From the NCBI GenBank assembly GCA_021463465.1, contig JAJTYH010000003.1, positions 211,549 to 275,548 on the forward strand: a DNA stretch of 64,000 nt, in the 5' to 3' direction. The notes under the pieces were generated by a model. That model was not told the DNA's origin, ran no database searches, and was given only the letters and a program-made list of their open reading frames with translations. Below, one piece after another: positions 28,833-38,338 of the stretch (positions within the stretch are counted from its first letter, which is position 1; each line of letters starts with the position of its first letter). A program made the position numbers and the translations under genes. Source of the DNA: a bacterium (GTDB lineage Bacteria; Patescibacteriota; Dojkabacteria; SC72).

Positions 28833-29873
28833 ATGAATAGTTTAGGGTTTGGAACAAAACCGATATTTATGCCTGATGCTACACGTGGTGCGGTCCGCGC
28901 GCTTACTACTGCTCAACTTAAGGCCACGGGTACTGACCATATAGTGGTAAATACGCTTCACCTATTGCTTTCTCCTGGTCCGGAGAGGGTTGCAGAACTT
29001 GGGGGTATAAAGAAGCTAATGAACTATGAGGGTACGGCCTTAAGTGATTCCGGAGGATATCAGGTATTTTCGTTACTTCATAGTAAAAAGTGGCAAGGAA
29101 AGATTACGAAGTTTGGTGCGGTATTCAAATCGCCTAAAGACGGTAGAAAACATGAACTTACACCCGAAAAGTCAATTGAAGTTCAAATGATGTTAGATAC
29201 CGATGTTATGGTAGTCCTCGATGATTGCAGAGACTCAAATGTCTCAAAAAAAGAGGCAGAGATAGCTGTTGAGTGGACATTAGATTGGGCAGACAAAGCT
29301 AAGCGACACTTTTTAAAGCTGGGACTGGATAAGAAGGGGAAATTGCTTTCTTGCGTTGTGCAAGGGGCAAGATTTCCTGAGTTAAGAGAGTTTTGTATGA
29401 AAGAGTTGATTAAGATAGGTTTTGATGGATACAACTATGGTGGAGTTGGAGGGTATGTCGTTGATAATAAAGGAGAATTAGCCTTGCCTGAAATGAAAGT
29501 TATTGCAGAGATGGTTCCTAAAGGTAAATTCCTTTATGCTATGGGTGTAGGGCGTCCACAAGATATCGAGTTTGCAAATAGAGAAATGGGCTGGAATGTT
29601 TTTGATACAGTTATCCCTACACGCAATGCTAGGCATGGTACATTGTACTGTGCAACTGAACCTGATGGAATTTTGCGGATTACACGCTCACGCTTTGCTA
29701 AGGATTTGCTACCGATTGAAAAAGGATGTGATTGCGAAGCATGTGTTAATTATAGTAGAGCATATATTCACCATCTACTTCGTAACGGCGAAATGACAGG
29801 AATGACCTTAGCAACTATTCACAACTTACGCTTCTATCAAAGATTAATGACCTCATTAGGAGGTAATTCTTAA
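28833..29873 (+). CDS. tgt: tRNA-guanine transglycosylase
   Basis: DSGGYQ, VVQG, MGVG, FD..IPTRNAR, CDCEAC Zn site, HNL. Confidence 0.93.
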   Translation: MNSLGFGTKPIFMPDATRGAVRALTTAQLKATGTDHIVVNTLHLLLSPGPERVAELGGIKKLMNYEGTALSDSGGYQVFSLLHSKKWQGKITKFGAVFKSPKDGRKHELTPEKSIEVQMMLDTDVMVVLDDCRDSNVSKKEAEIAVEWTLDWADKAKRHFLKLGLDKKGKLLSCVVQGARFPELREFCMKELIKIGFDGYNYGGVGGYVVDNKGELALPEMKVIAEMVPKGKFLYAMGVGRPQDIEFANREMGWNVFDTVIPTRNARHGTLYCATEPDGILRITRSRFAKDLLPIEKGCDCEACVNYSRAYIHHLLRNGEMTGMTLATIHNLRFYQRLMTSLGGNS

Positions 29874-29902
29874 TTGCAGTTTCAAGAGTGAAGTGATATC
29901 AT
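29874..29902 (+). promoter_or_regulatory. Promoter upstream of rny leader
   Basis: TTGCAG-17 nt-TATCAT with TG. Confidence 0.55.
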
Positions 29903-29939
29903 CAATGCATTCTAATATAATGAATATGTTAGAAGTTAG

Positions 29940-30094
29940 CTGGTTAGAAATATATAGAAATACTTGCAAAACATTTTAAATCTAATGAGAAAAGTTCGTA
30001 CATGCTACACAAATATCCCAACGTTATCAGAAGGTAATTAGCCTTTGATTTTTGTGATATTTACTTTTTCTCCTTAAAGTATATTTTTACCCGG
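29940..30094 (+). ncRNA. Candidate 6S-like rod-shaped RNA or structured rny leader
   Basis: Nested complementary arms with a large asymmetric bubble (see findings); upstream of rny-ymdB. Confidence 0.35.
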
Positions 30095-30121
30095 TGTATG
30101 TAATTTAAGTGCTTTAGAAGT

Positions 30122-31642
30122 ATGGAAATACTTTATGTATTGATGTCTGCGGTTGCTGCAGGAGCAGGAGTCTTTGCCTTTCTTAAATACGGTAAAAGAT
30201 GGGTGTCAGTCTCAGACCTTCCTGAGGACGTTGTCCTGAAAGCTGCCAATGAACGAATGGCATCAAAGATGGCTGAGGCAGATGCTGAGGTCGCTAAGAT
30301 TAAAGAAGATGCTGATAACCGTGCTCGACAGGTGCGTCGTGAAATGGTTGAGCAAGAAGATTTACTTGTTCAGCGCGAGAAGAAGATTAATGAGAGATCT
30401 CGGCTTTTAGATAATAAGGCGGAAGAGCTAGAGAAAGGTAAAGATGAGCTTAAAGGTATGCAAAAAGGTATAGAAACCTCACGAACTAAGCTTAAGGAGC
30501 AGTTGGAAAAGATTTCGGGGTTGACCAAAGATGAAGCTAAGAAGAAGTTGATGGAAGAGGTAGAGGAAGATATGAAGAATTACGAAGCTACCTTAATCCG
30601 TAAGGCTGAGAAGAGTGCAGAAGAACAAGCAGAAGACAGAGCAAAAAACATTCTTGTCGAAACAATGCAACGTGTTGCCACTGATTATGTGGGTGAAACA
30701 ACAACAACTTCGGTTAAGGTCGAAGATGAGAAAGTCAAAGGTAGAATTATTGGTAAAGAGGGGCGAAATATTCGCGCATTCGAAAAGGCCACTGGTGTAG
30801 ACGTTATTGTTGATGAATCCCCAAATACTATTGGACTTTCCTCCTTCGACCCTCTTCGAAGAGAAATTGCGCGTGTAGCACTCCTTAAATTGATGGGGGA
30901 TGGAAGGATTCATCCAGGATTCATTGAAGAGGTAATTCAGAAAGCTAAAAACGAAGTAGCCATTGAGATTAAGAAAAATGGTGAAATTCTGGCAGATGAG
31001 TCAGATTGGCCAGGTATGGATATGGGTCTTTTAAAACTTGTAGGTAAGATGAAGTATAGGACCAGTTACGGTCAGTCATTAATGGGTCATACTATTGAAA
31101 TGATGAGAATAGGTGCAGCTTTGGCAGCCGAACTTAAGGCTGATGTCGCCTTGGTTAAAAAGGCGTGTCTCCTTCATGATGTGGGTAAGGTACTCACACA
31201 TAAATTAGATATTCCTCACCATCACATTTCAGGGCAGATTGCTCGTAAATATGGATTGGATGAGAAATTGGTCAATGCCATTGAATCACATCACGGTGAC
31301 ATTACTCCAACAAGTGTGGAAGCCATTATTGTAGCTGTTGCAGACGCAATTTCTGGTGCCAGACCAGGTGCTCGAAAAGATAGTTACGAGCAGTATGTAA
31401 AGCGAATTGAGGGAATTGAGAATGCAGCTAAAGAAGTTGGTGGAGAGAGGATTAATGAAGTATTTGCTATTAGAGCTGGTAGAGAGGTACGTGTAATTGT
31501 TGATCCAATAGCTATTTCCGATGATGAAGCAAAAGTCATGGCTAAAAAGATTGCTGAGAATATTGAGAAGACTCAGAACTACCCAGGTAATATTGAGATC
31601 TCAGTAATTCGTGAGTTTAGAGCTACAGAATTAGCAAAATAA
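30122..31642 (+). CDS. rny: Ribonuclease Y
   Basis: TM, coiled coil, KH (KGRIIGKEGRNIR), HD (LLHDVGK), ADAISGARPGAR. Confidence 0.97.
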   Translation: MEILYVLMSAVAAGAGVFAFLKYGKRWVSVSDLPEDVVLKAANERMASKMAEADAEVAKIKEDADNRARQVRREMVEQEDLLVQREKKINERSRLLDNKAEELEKGKDELKGMQKGIETSRTKLKEQLEKISGLTKDEAKKKLMEEVEEDMKNYEATLIRKAEKSAEEQAEDRAKNILVETMQRVATDYVGETTTTSVKVEDEKVKGRIIGKEGRNIRAFEKATGVDVIVDESPNTIGLSSFDPLRREIARVALLKLMGDGRIHPGFIEEVIQKAKNEVAIEIKKNGEILADESDWPGMDMGLLKLVGKMKYRTSYGQSLMGHTIEMMRIGAALAAELKADVALVKKACLLHDVGKVLTHKLDIPHHHISGQIARKYGLDEKLVNAIESHHGDITPTSVEAIIVAVADAISGARPGARKDSYEQYVKRIEGIENAAKEVGGERINEVFAIRAGREVRVIVDPIAISDDEAKVMAKKIAENIEKTQNYPGNIEISVIREFRATELAK

Positions 31643-31643
31643 T

Positions 31644-32435
31644 ATGATAAAAGTCCTATTTATAGGTGATGTGTGTGGCAAACCAGGTAGAGTGGCTGTA
31701 ACTTCAGCTGTACACGATCTGGTACGGAAAGAGAAAATAGACGTAGTCATTACTAACGTTGAGAACTCTGCCCACGGCCGTGGAGCCACCGTAGAAACTG
31801 TCAATGAGCTTATGGGAGCCGGGGTGGATTTTATGACTGCTGGCAACCATATCTGGCGTCGTCCCGACCATGTGGATTTATTATCAGGAGATTATCCTGT
31901 GATTCGAGCTTTAAATTACCCTGAAGACTTGCCAGGAAAGGGTTTTGGTGAGGTCGATTTGGGTGGTAAGGGTAAACTTCTAGTAATTTCACTTATGGGT
32001 TGGGCGGGTATGAACGAGCGTACTATAACTGAACCATTTCGTAAGATTGACGAGTTTCTTAAGGGTGTAGATTATGATAAATACGCTGGTATTTTGATTG
32101 ATTTTCACGCTGAAAGTACGTCCGAAAAAGTATCATTCGGACTATACGTGGATGGTAGAGTGAGCGCTGTTGTGGGTACTCATACTCATGTTCCAACGGC
32201 TGACGAAAGATTGTTACCACAAGGTTCCGCGTATGTTACCGATACAGGAATGGTTGGGCCAATGAATTCGTCATTATGGGTAAAAAAGGAGATTATCTTC
32301 CAGCAAAATATGTTCCCATACTCTCCGAGGTACGACATCGAAGAAGAAGGCCCTGTCCGATTCGATAGTGTCCTTATAGAAATCGATAGCGCCAAATCAG
32401 CGAAAAGTATCCGTCGTATAAATAAAGTCCTATAA
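31644..32435 (+). CDS. ymdB: YmdB/TIGR00282 metallophosphoesterase
   Basis: IGDVCG, NVEN, GNH, DFHAE, GTHTHV; follows rny. Confidence 0.93.
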   Translation: MIKVLFIGDVCGKPGRVAVTSAVHDLVRKEKIDVVITNVENSAHGRGATVETVNELMGAGVDFMTAGNHIWRRPDHVDLLSGDYPVIRALNYPEDLPGKGFGEVDLGGKGKLLVISLMGWAGMNERTITEPFRKIDEFLKGVDYDKYAGILIDFHAESTSEKVSFGLYVDGRVSAVVGTHTHVPTADERLLPQGSAYVTDTGMVGPMNSSLWVKKEIIFQQNMFPYSPRYDIEEEGPVRFDSVLIEIDSAKSAKSIRRINKVL

Positions 32436-32550
32436 TTCCGCCTAATATTGACTTCTACTTGCCAGTGCATTATTTTATGCTTAGATGACAACTTCTCGCG
32501 TCAAAACGCAAGAAAGTACATCTATCACTACGAGAAAGGAGGATACTATT

Positions 32551-32823
32551 ATGTTAAAGATGGATGTCGTACAAGCAGTTGCTTCTGCAGCTGGTCTTAC
32601 CAAAAAGCAAGCTACAATGGCAGTTGATGCTATGTTAGATGCAGTTGCCGCATCTCTTAAGAAGGGTGATCCCGTTCTTTTGACCGGCTTCGGTAAGTTC
32701 GAAGTTCGAACCAGAGCAGCAAGAGTAGGAATCAATCCTAAGACTCTTTCAAAGATTAACTTGCCTGCTTCTAAAGTCCCAGCATTCAAGGCTGGTAAGG
32801 CTTTAAAGATGGCTGTTAAGTAG
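32551..32823 (+). CDS. hup: HU family DNA-binding protein
   Basis: GFGKF, RAARVGINPKT, PAFKAGKALK; SD AAAGGAGG upstream of ATG 32551. Confidence 0.96.
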   Translation: MLKMDVVQAVASAAGLTKKQATMAVDAMLDAVAASLKKGDPVLLTGFGKFEVRTRAARVGINPKTLSKINLPASKVPAFKAGKALKMAVK

Positions 32824-32861
32824 GTGCTGCCGGTATTTCTCTGTATAAGAGAGGTATTACT

Positions 32862-32910
32862 GGGGCCCTGGACTGTAAGGACTCGCGTCTTTATTGTTCA
32901 GGGCCCCTTT
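32862..32910 (+). terminator. Long GC-rich hairpin/terminator after hup
   Basis: GGGGCCCTGGAC...GTTCAGGGCCCC followed by TTT. Confidence 0.65.
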
Positions 32911-32985
32911 CATATTTCCTTTCGTATTGCGACTTTATCCCTTTTCTATTACACTGGAGGAAGTTAAGTATATAACTGCCGAAAA

Positions 32986-34335
32986 GTGCTTGAGCTGTTT
33001 GTTCCGAACATCAAAAATCATTACAAACCTTTGTTGCTTCGAAATAGCGCCTTACTCGTTTACACAGTGTTTATTTTCCTAGTTAACACGTACGGAGGAG
33101 TATTTGGGATTTCCCAAGTAGAAGCAAGCAGTATTACCCCAAATAATGTGATTAGTTTGACCAATAAAGAGAGAACTAAATATGGACTCTCTGGGCTCAA
33201 AAGTAATTCACAATTAGCTTCAGCAGCATTAGCGAAGGCTAATAATATGTTAAGCGTACAGTATTGGAATCACTTTGGTCCTAATGGCGAGACCCCTTGG
33301 CAATTTATTAAAGCTGCTGGATATACTTATATTTACGCCGGAGAGAATCTAGCGAAGGGCTTTAAAAGCTCTGAAGGTGTTGTAGAGGCCTGGATGGCTA
33401 GCCCTACCCATCGAGATAACATCCTCAGTGGTAATTACCGTGATATTGGTGTTGCTGTTGTTAATGGGCAGTTATTAGGTGACGAGGTAACCCTAGTAGT
33501 ACAAATGTTTGGGAATCAGACTAACTCTGTAGTGCCAAGTCCTAAACCGAATGTGAATGGTTCGCAAACTGAATCAGGACAGACTTTGAGTATCAAAATT
33601 ACTTCTCCAGAAAACAATACAATTCTTAATGATGCAAATGTTAACTTGAAAGGAACTGTATCTAAAAGTACGCCCTATACCGTAGAGATTTCTGAAAAAG
33701 GAGTACCTGTTGGTGCTTTTGAAAGTAATGATACCAATTGGGAATGGGATAAACAGTCAGATTGGAGCGAGGGGAAGCACACGGTAACAGTCAAATTGAA
33801 GAATGTGAAAGAAGCAAGTGATAGTGTTGTATTCAGAATCGATAGTACATCGCCTGTTCTCGAAAGATTTGAAGCAGTATCCAAAGGACTTGATTGGAAG
33901 ATATCAGGGAAAGTAGATGATTCTAATAGTACAATTAATATTGTATCAGGTGATTTTAATAAGTCTGCTGTGATTAATGAAAGTGGTGAATTTACAGCAG
34001 AAATCCCAGGATCAGAATTGAAAGAGAAGGTCACTTTGATTGTATCTGATACAATGGGAAATACAAATGAGGTAGATGTGACTGACTATTTTACAACTGA
34101 AAATGAAACAACGGCGCTTGGAGCAATTTGGAATGCAGTTAATAACCTTTATAGTAAAAGTACAATAAACGGAGTATTTTTAGGGTTCATACTGTTACTT
34201 CTAATTATAGAAATAATTACATATTGGAGGAAAGGATTGCTTATGAAGCATGGAGGGAATATTTTTACATTAGGATTTTGGTGGCTGCTTTTGCTAGTAG
34301 GGGTTGTCAATGGTTTCAATGGTAGTATAAACTAA
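32986..34335 (+). CDS. CAP (SCP) domain + Ig-like domains, membrane protein
   Basis: TNKER, GENLA, WMASPTHRDNIL; beta-rich middle; C-terminal TMs. Confidence 0.85.
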   Translation: MLELFVPNIKNHYKPLLLRNSALLVYTVFIFLVNTYGGVFGISQVEASSITPNNVISLTNKERTKYGLSGLKSNSQLASAALAKANNMLSVQYWNHFGPNGETPWQFIKAAGYTYIYAGENLAKGFKSSEGVVEAWMASPTHRDNILSGNYRDIGVAVVNGQLLGDEVTLVVQMFGNQTNSVVPSPKPNVNGSQTESGQTLSIKITSPENNTILNDANVNLKGTVSKSTPYTVEISEKGVPVGAFESNDTNWEWDKQSDWSEGKHTVTVKLKNVKEASDSVVFRIDSTSPVLERFEAVSKGLDWKISGKVDDSNSTINIVSGDFNKSAVINESGEFTAEIPGSELKEKVTLIVSDTMGNTNEVDVTDYFTTENETTALGAIWNAVNNLYSKSTINGVFLGFILLLLIIEIITYWRKGLLMKHGGNIFTLGFWWLLLLVGVVNGFNGSIN

Positions 34336-34347
34336 GGATAGAATCAT

Positions 34348-35145
34348 ATGTTTGAACTGATTAAGCAGTACCGTCGAGAATTTGTATATAGTTCTTATCT
34401 TTTTTTGATTTTCGAGCTTTTGGTAACGCCGTCTTTTTCGGTGAATATCTTCTATTTCTCCGTTGTAGCGTTAGTTGGGTATGTATTAATCAATATATGG
34501 CTACTCTCGACCTATCAGCTTCATTCCGCTCGTAGGGTATCTCAATATAGTGATGTTTTGCTGCGCGTAAACTTATGGGAGAGATTATTCTCTTACGTGC
34601 TTTTGCCTCTCTTATTTTATACCGCGGTAGTTACTTTTCTTCTGTTTTCTCCTTCAAGTACACTCAATCAAATTGTGACCGTAATATCGGTATTTCTCTT
34701 TTTCTACTTATTTCTATATGTTAGGACCTCTTATGAGAAGGTATATTCAGTTCACCGGATGACTCGAGTTTCCACAGATTTTGTATCAATTGTGGTCTAC
34801 TTCATGACCCTTTCTGTCTTAAGTCATGTGTTAGTCGATGAAGTGTATTTTGCTCTAATCCTGTTTTTCTTTACGCTTTTCTGTTTTATCTACATCCTCT
34901 ACCATCACAATAAATTTGAGATAAACTCAATTCTGCTTGGGCTAGTTTCCGCAGTTGTAATAACTTTCGTCTATTACAACTCTAATTTCGCAGGGCCCTA
35001 TGCCTTATCTGCAATTCTTTCCGTTCTTTATTATCTCGTTGTCTCGCTTTGGAACGTTAGGTTTTCAGGATCTACGGCGCTTGGTGATTATATCCCCCCC
35101 GTCATGTATTCAGTAATGGCGATTATTCTTATCCTTGGGTTATGA
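34348..35145 (+). CDS. Multi-pass membrane protein
   Basis: About 9 hydrophobic segments. Confidence 0.7.
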   Translation: MFELIKQYRREFVYSSYLFLIFELLVTPSFSVNIFYFSVVALVGYVLINIWLLSTYQLHSARRVSQYSDVLLRVNLWERLFSYVLLPLLFYTAVVTFLLFSPSSTLNQIVTVISVFLFFYLFLYVRTSYEKVYSVHRMTRVSTDFVSIVVYFMTLSVLSHVLVDEVYFALILFFFTLFCFIYILYHHNKFEINSILLGLVSAVVITFVYYNSNFAGPYALSAILSVLYYLVVSLWNVRFSGSTALGDYIPPVMYSVMAIILILGL

Positions 35146-35843
35146 ACGCAAGTTTTGTCATAAAAATAGGTGGATCCCTCCTTTATAATGACGATGTAAC
35201 ACCCAACAAAGCCTTTCTATTGAAGCTGAAAGAGTGGCACGCAAAGTATAAGCCTTTAATTGATAAACTTGTCGTTGTAATAGGTGGAGGTAAACTATCT
35301 CGAGAGGTTGGTGAGAACGTAAAATCACTTATCCCTCCTGAACATATTCATGATGTAGCGATGCAGATTACACAGGTAAATGCTGAGATAGTTAAGGGAT
35401 ACCTGGCTGATGAGAGTATTATCACCCCTCAAACCCTCAAAGAAGCGCTTACAGTTTTAGAGAGTAATCAGCCCGGGATTGTTATTTCTGGAGGGCTTAA
35501 AAAAGGTTGGAGTACGGATATGGATGCTGCAGTATTTGCCGATGTACTCAAACTCAAACAGGTTTACAAGCTTAGTAATGTGGAAGGTGTTTTTGATGGA
35601 GATCCCAAGCAGAATCCAAATGCTAAATTAATTACGAAAATAACATGGAGAGAGTATATGTCGCTCTTTGAGATTAATTCTAAAAGCACGCACCAGCCTA
35701 ATAAGAGTAGTCCAATCAGCGCTGAAACGGCACTATTTTGTGCGCAAAAAGGAATCACATACTTTGTTGCAGGAGGCAAGAACATTTACGATAAAGCTGA
35801 TTTATCAATGGTTTTTGAGTCAGGAACGGTGATTACACCTTAG
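35142..35843 (+). CDS. pyrH: UMP kinase (archaeal-like amino acid kinase fold)
   Basis: IKIGGS, VIGGG, GWSTD.DAA, NVEGVFDGDP, GTVI. Confidence 0.78.
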   Translation: MNASFVIKIGGSLLYNDDVTPNKAFLLKLKEWHAKYKPLIDKLVVVIGGGKLSREVGENVKSLIPPEHIHDVAMQITQVNAEIVKGYLADESIITPQTLKEALTVLESNQPGIVISGGLKKGWSTDMDAAVFADVLKLKQVYKLSNVEGVFDGDPKQNPNAKLITKITWREYMSLFEINSKSTHQPNKSSPISAETALFCAQKGITYFVAGGKNIYDKADLSMVFESGTVITP

Positions 35844-36304
35844 TCAATCACTTCAGCAATTTTGTACTCAACTTTCTCTTTAGGTGTAACAAATTCAAAA
35901 GTATCGCCTTCAGATAGGTTCAAAATAGCGCCACCCAGAGGGGAGTTATAAGAGACTTTCCCTTCTAAAGGGTTAGATTCATTGGCTCCAACAAGGGTAA
36001 TTTTCTTTTTAAGACCTTTTTTGTCCTGAAGTACAACTGTGTCTCCTAATTCTACTTTGCCTTTGGTTTTGGACTTTACAATTTTGGCTTTAGAAATAAG
36101 TTCTTCCAAGCGCATAATTTCAGCTTCATTGTTCTTGAAGTCCTCCATAGCCAAAGTAAAGCCGTCGTTCTCTCTTAAATCACCAGCATCTCGGGTAGAC
36201 TCTAGAACGACCTTTAACTCTTCTTTTTTAACCAGCTTTTCTGCAAGTTCAGCTTTAGCTTGCTCGAGCCCTTTGGCAGTGACCAAAAATCTATCTTTTC
36301 TCAT
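35840..36304 (-). CDS. greA: Transcription elongation factor GreA
   Basis: GDLREN acidic tip, SYNSPLGGA. Confidence 0.85.
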   Translation of the reverse strand: MRKDRFLVTAKGLEQAKAELAEKLVKKEELKVVLESTRDAGDLRENDGFTLAMEDFKNNEAEIMRLEELISKAKIVKSKTKGKVELGDTVVLQDKKGLKKKITLVGANESNPLEGKVSYNSPLGGAILNLSEGDTFEFVTPKEKVEYKIAEVID

Positions 36305-36432
36305 AGTTAAGACGTCAAAATTAATAAATTGATTTACAAAAAATGTTTTCTTGGGAAGTTAAAAATCAATACTGTCAAATGATAATACTTATGGTTTGGG
36401 TTGTCAATTTGTGATAGAATCATCGCGTTTAT

Positions 36433-36504
36433 GCCGCCATCGTCTAGTGGTTAGGACGTATGATTCTCAATCATAGAACCAGAGTTCGATTCTCTGTGGC
36501 GGCA
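36433..36504 (+). tRNA. tRNA-Glu(CTC), CCA not encoded
   Basis: Acceptor GCCGCCA/TGGCGGC, anticodon arm TATGA-TTCTCAA-TCATA, GTTCGA T-loop. Confidence 0.95.
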
Positions 36505-36537
36505 GGTTATCGATACTCCCCAGAAAGTGTAAAAGTT

Positions 36538-37164
36538 ATGTATTTTGATGATCTCGACTTCTTCAATCATGAGCGTCGTTTGACACGGAGTAAATTTGTT
36601 ACCGGAATTGTTGATTTCTGCTTTAATATTCATAACGCTCAGTTTAAGTCCAATGCTGAAGCATATATCGATAATAAGGGGGAGTTTCGAGTTGAGGATG
36701 TAATAGAGGATGAAGCTTTGCAGTATGCTTGGGAGTTTGATACTGTCGATGCATTTAAAAAGTCTCTGCTTACTGCACACGGAGTAATGAGAGGGTTGTG
36801 TGAGCTTCACGGTAAAGATTACGTTTACACTATTTCTAATTCTCTGCTGGAGTTTTGTGACGAACTTGAAGAGTTAAGTGCAGGTAGTAAATACCTTCTT
36901 GCTATGCCTGCGCTAGGTATAGCCTTTAACTCTCTAGATAAAAGAAAAGTTGCCTTGAGCAAAGGCGATAGTGTCATCAAAGCTATTGTGATTGCAAAGA
37001 AAACTATTCAAGCAGTTGTAGCATTATCTGGAATGAAGCATAATAATAGTGAATCTATGGCATTGACTATATTTAGTACGTATCTTGATTGGTTTAAATT
37101 ATCTGAAACTCTTGGGCTCAGTTATGAAGATAGACGTCCTTACGATCTTTCCAGAGCAAATTAA
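36538..37164 (+). CDS. Hypothetical protein
   Basis: 208-aa ORF from ATG 36538, just after the tRNA; overlaps trmD by 41 nt. Confidence 0.55.
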   Translation: MYFDDLDFFNHERRLTRSKFVTGIVDFCFNIHNAQFKSNAEAYIDNKGEFRVEDVIEDEALQYAWEFDTVDAFKKSLLTAHGVMRGLCELHGKDYVYTISNSLLEFCDELEELSAGSKYLLAMPALGIAFNSLDKRKVALSKGDSVIKAIVIAKKTIQAVVALSGMKHNNSESMALTIFSTYLDWFKLSETLGLSYEDRRPYDLSRAN

Positions 37165-37792
37165 AACCTTCCTTACAGAAGGACTTTTCCGGATTGCTTT
37201 TGAAAAAGGTTTAGTGGAAATTAAAGTTCACAATCTAAGAGATTGGACAGATGATGTCCATAAGAGTGTAGATGACACACCTTTTGGTGGTGGTGCTGGG
37301 ATGGTAATGAAGATTGAACCTATTTTTAAAGCCCTAAGAGAACTAAAAAAGAAAGAAACAAAGGTTGTAATTACTACCCCAAGAGGTGAAAAATTGACTC
37401 AGCAAAAACTGAAGTCACTGTCAAACAATTGTGACCATTACATTATCCTTTGTGGTCATTACGAAGGATTTGATGAAAGAATTCATGAGTTCTTGGCCGA
37501 TTATGAAATTTCAATAGGTGATTTTGTACTCTCGGGAGGAGAACTACCCGCTCTAGTTATAATGGATGGCTTAATTCGCCTTATTCCAGGCGTGTTGGGC
37601 AATCAAGAGTCTTTAGCTGAAGAGTCTTTTGAAGAAGGTTTGGAGTATCCGCAGTATACTCGACCAGCAGATTTTGAAGGTATGAAGGTACCCGAGATTC
37701 TTCTGTCAGGACATGATGAAAATATCAAGAAATGGCGAAAGAAGAAATCGGAGGAGATAACAAGAAAACGCCGACCCGATATTGCTAAATAG
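37124..37792 (+). CDS. trmD: tRNA (m1G37) methyltransferase
   Basis: TIFP, DDTPFGGGAGMVM, CGHYEGFDER, SIGDFVLSGGE, EYPQYTRP. Confidence 0.97.
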   Translation: MKIDVLTIFPEQIKTFLTEGLFRIAFEKGLVEIKVHNLRDWTDDVHKSVDDTPFGGGAGMVMKIEPIFKALRELKKKETKVVITTPRGEKLTQQKLKSLSNNCDHYIILCGHYEGFDERIHEFLADYEISIGDFVLSGGELPALVIMDGLIRLIPGVLGNQESLAEESFEEGLEYPQYTRPADFEGMKVPEILLSGHDENIKKWRKKKSEEITRKRRPDIAK

Positions 37793-37859
37793 CCTCTAAT
37801 ATGATTTAATTGCAAATGTTTTAAGGGTATTAAGGCATGTAATTTCTATCAACAGAATT

Positions 37860-38327
37860 ATGATTTTTGGTAAGAAATACAAAATCACGACCCAGAAGAA
37901 AAATGAATTAGAGAAAGAACTCAAGCAACTTGAGACTGTTGGTAGGAAGAATATTGCTGATAAACTCGACTGGTTGCGAGGACAGATGGTGGACGACGAA
38001 GATGATCCTATCTCTGATGCCTTAGATGACAAGAACTTCCTTGAAAAAAGAATTGCTGAATTGAAAGATATTTTGGCTAATTGCTCAGTCGTTGAGGATA
38101 ATAAGAATTTCAAAATTGTTGAGGTAGGTTGTAAGGTGAAAGTAGGATTTGAGGGTTTTGAAGAAGAATATACAATTGTATCTTCTCTTGAGGCTGATCC
38201 TGTGAAGAAGAGAATTTCCGATGAATCTCCTGTAGGGAAAGCTCTGTTAGGTGCCAACGTAGGTGATGAAGTCGAAGTGAACATTGGGGCTGTAAACAAA
38301 AAGTTTAGGGTACTTAAGATTAATTAA
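37860..38327 (+). CDS. GreA/GreB family factor with Gfh1-like acidic tip
   Basis: Gre fold (ELKQL, EADP, ISDESPVGKALLG) but DDEDD in place of GDLxEN. Confidence 0.85.
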   Translation: MIFGKKYKITTQKKNELEKELKQLETVGRKNIADKLDWLRGQMVDDEDDPISDALDDKNFLEKRIAELKDILANCSVVEDNKNFKIVEVGCKVKVGFEGFEEEYTIVSSLEADPVKKRISDESPVGKALLGANVGDEVEVNIGAVNKKFRVLKIN

Positions 38328-38338
38328 ACATTAATTGC

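Noticed and set aside
32826-32910. SRP RNA or tmRNA after hup
   Set aside because: No SRP GGAA/AGCAG motif or tmRNA ends; better explained as a terminator
36460-36537. N-terminal extension of ORF 36460
   Set aside because: Overlaps tRNA-Glu; ATG 36538 preferred (likewise ORF 57861 overlaps tRNA-Pro)
37796-38299. 167-aa antisense ORF and similar antisense ORFs over ribosomal genes
   Set aside because: Shadow frames of well-supported genes, with no motifs
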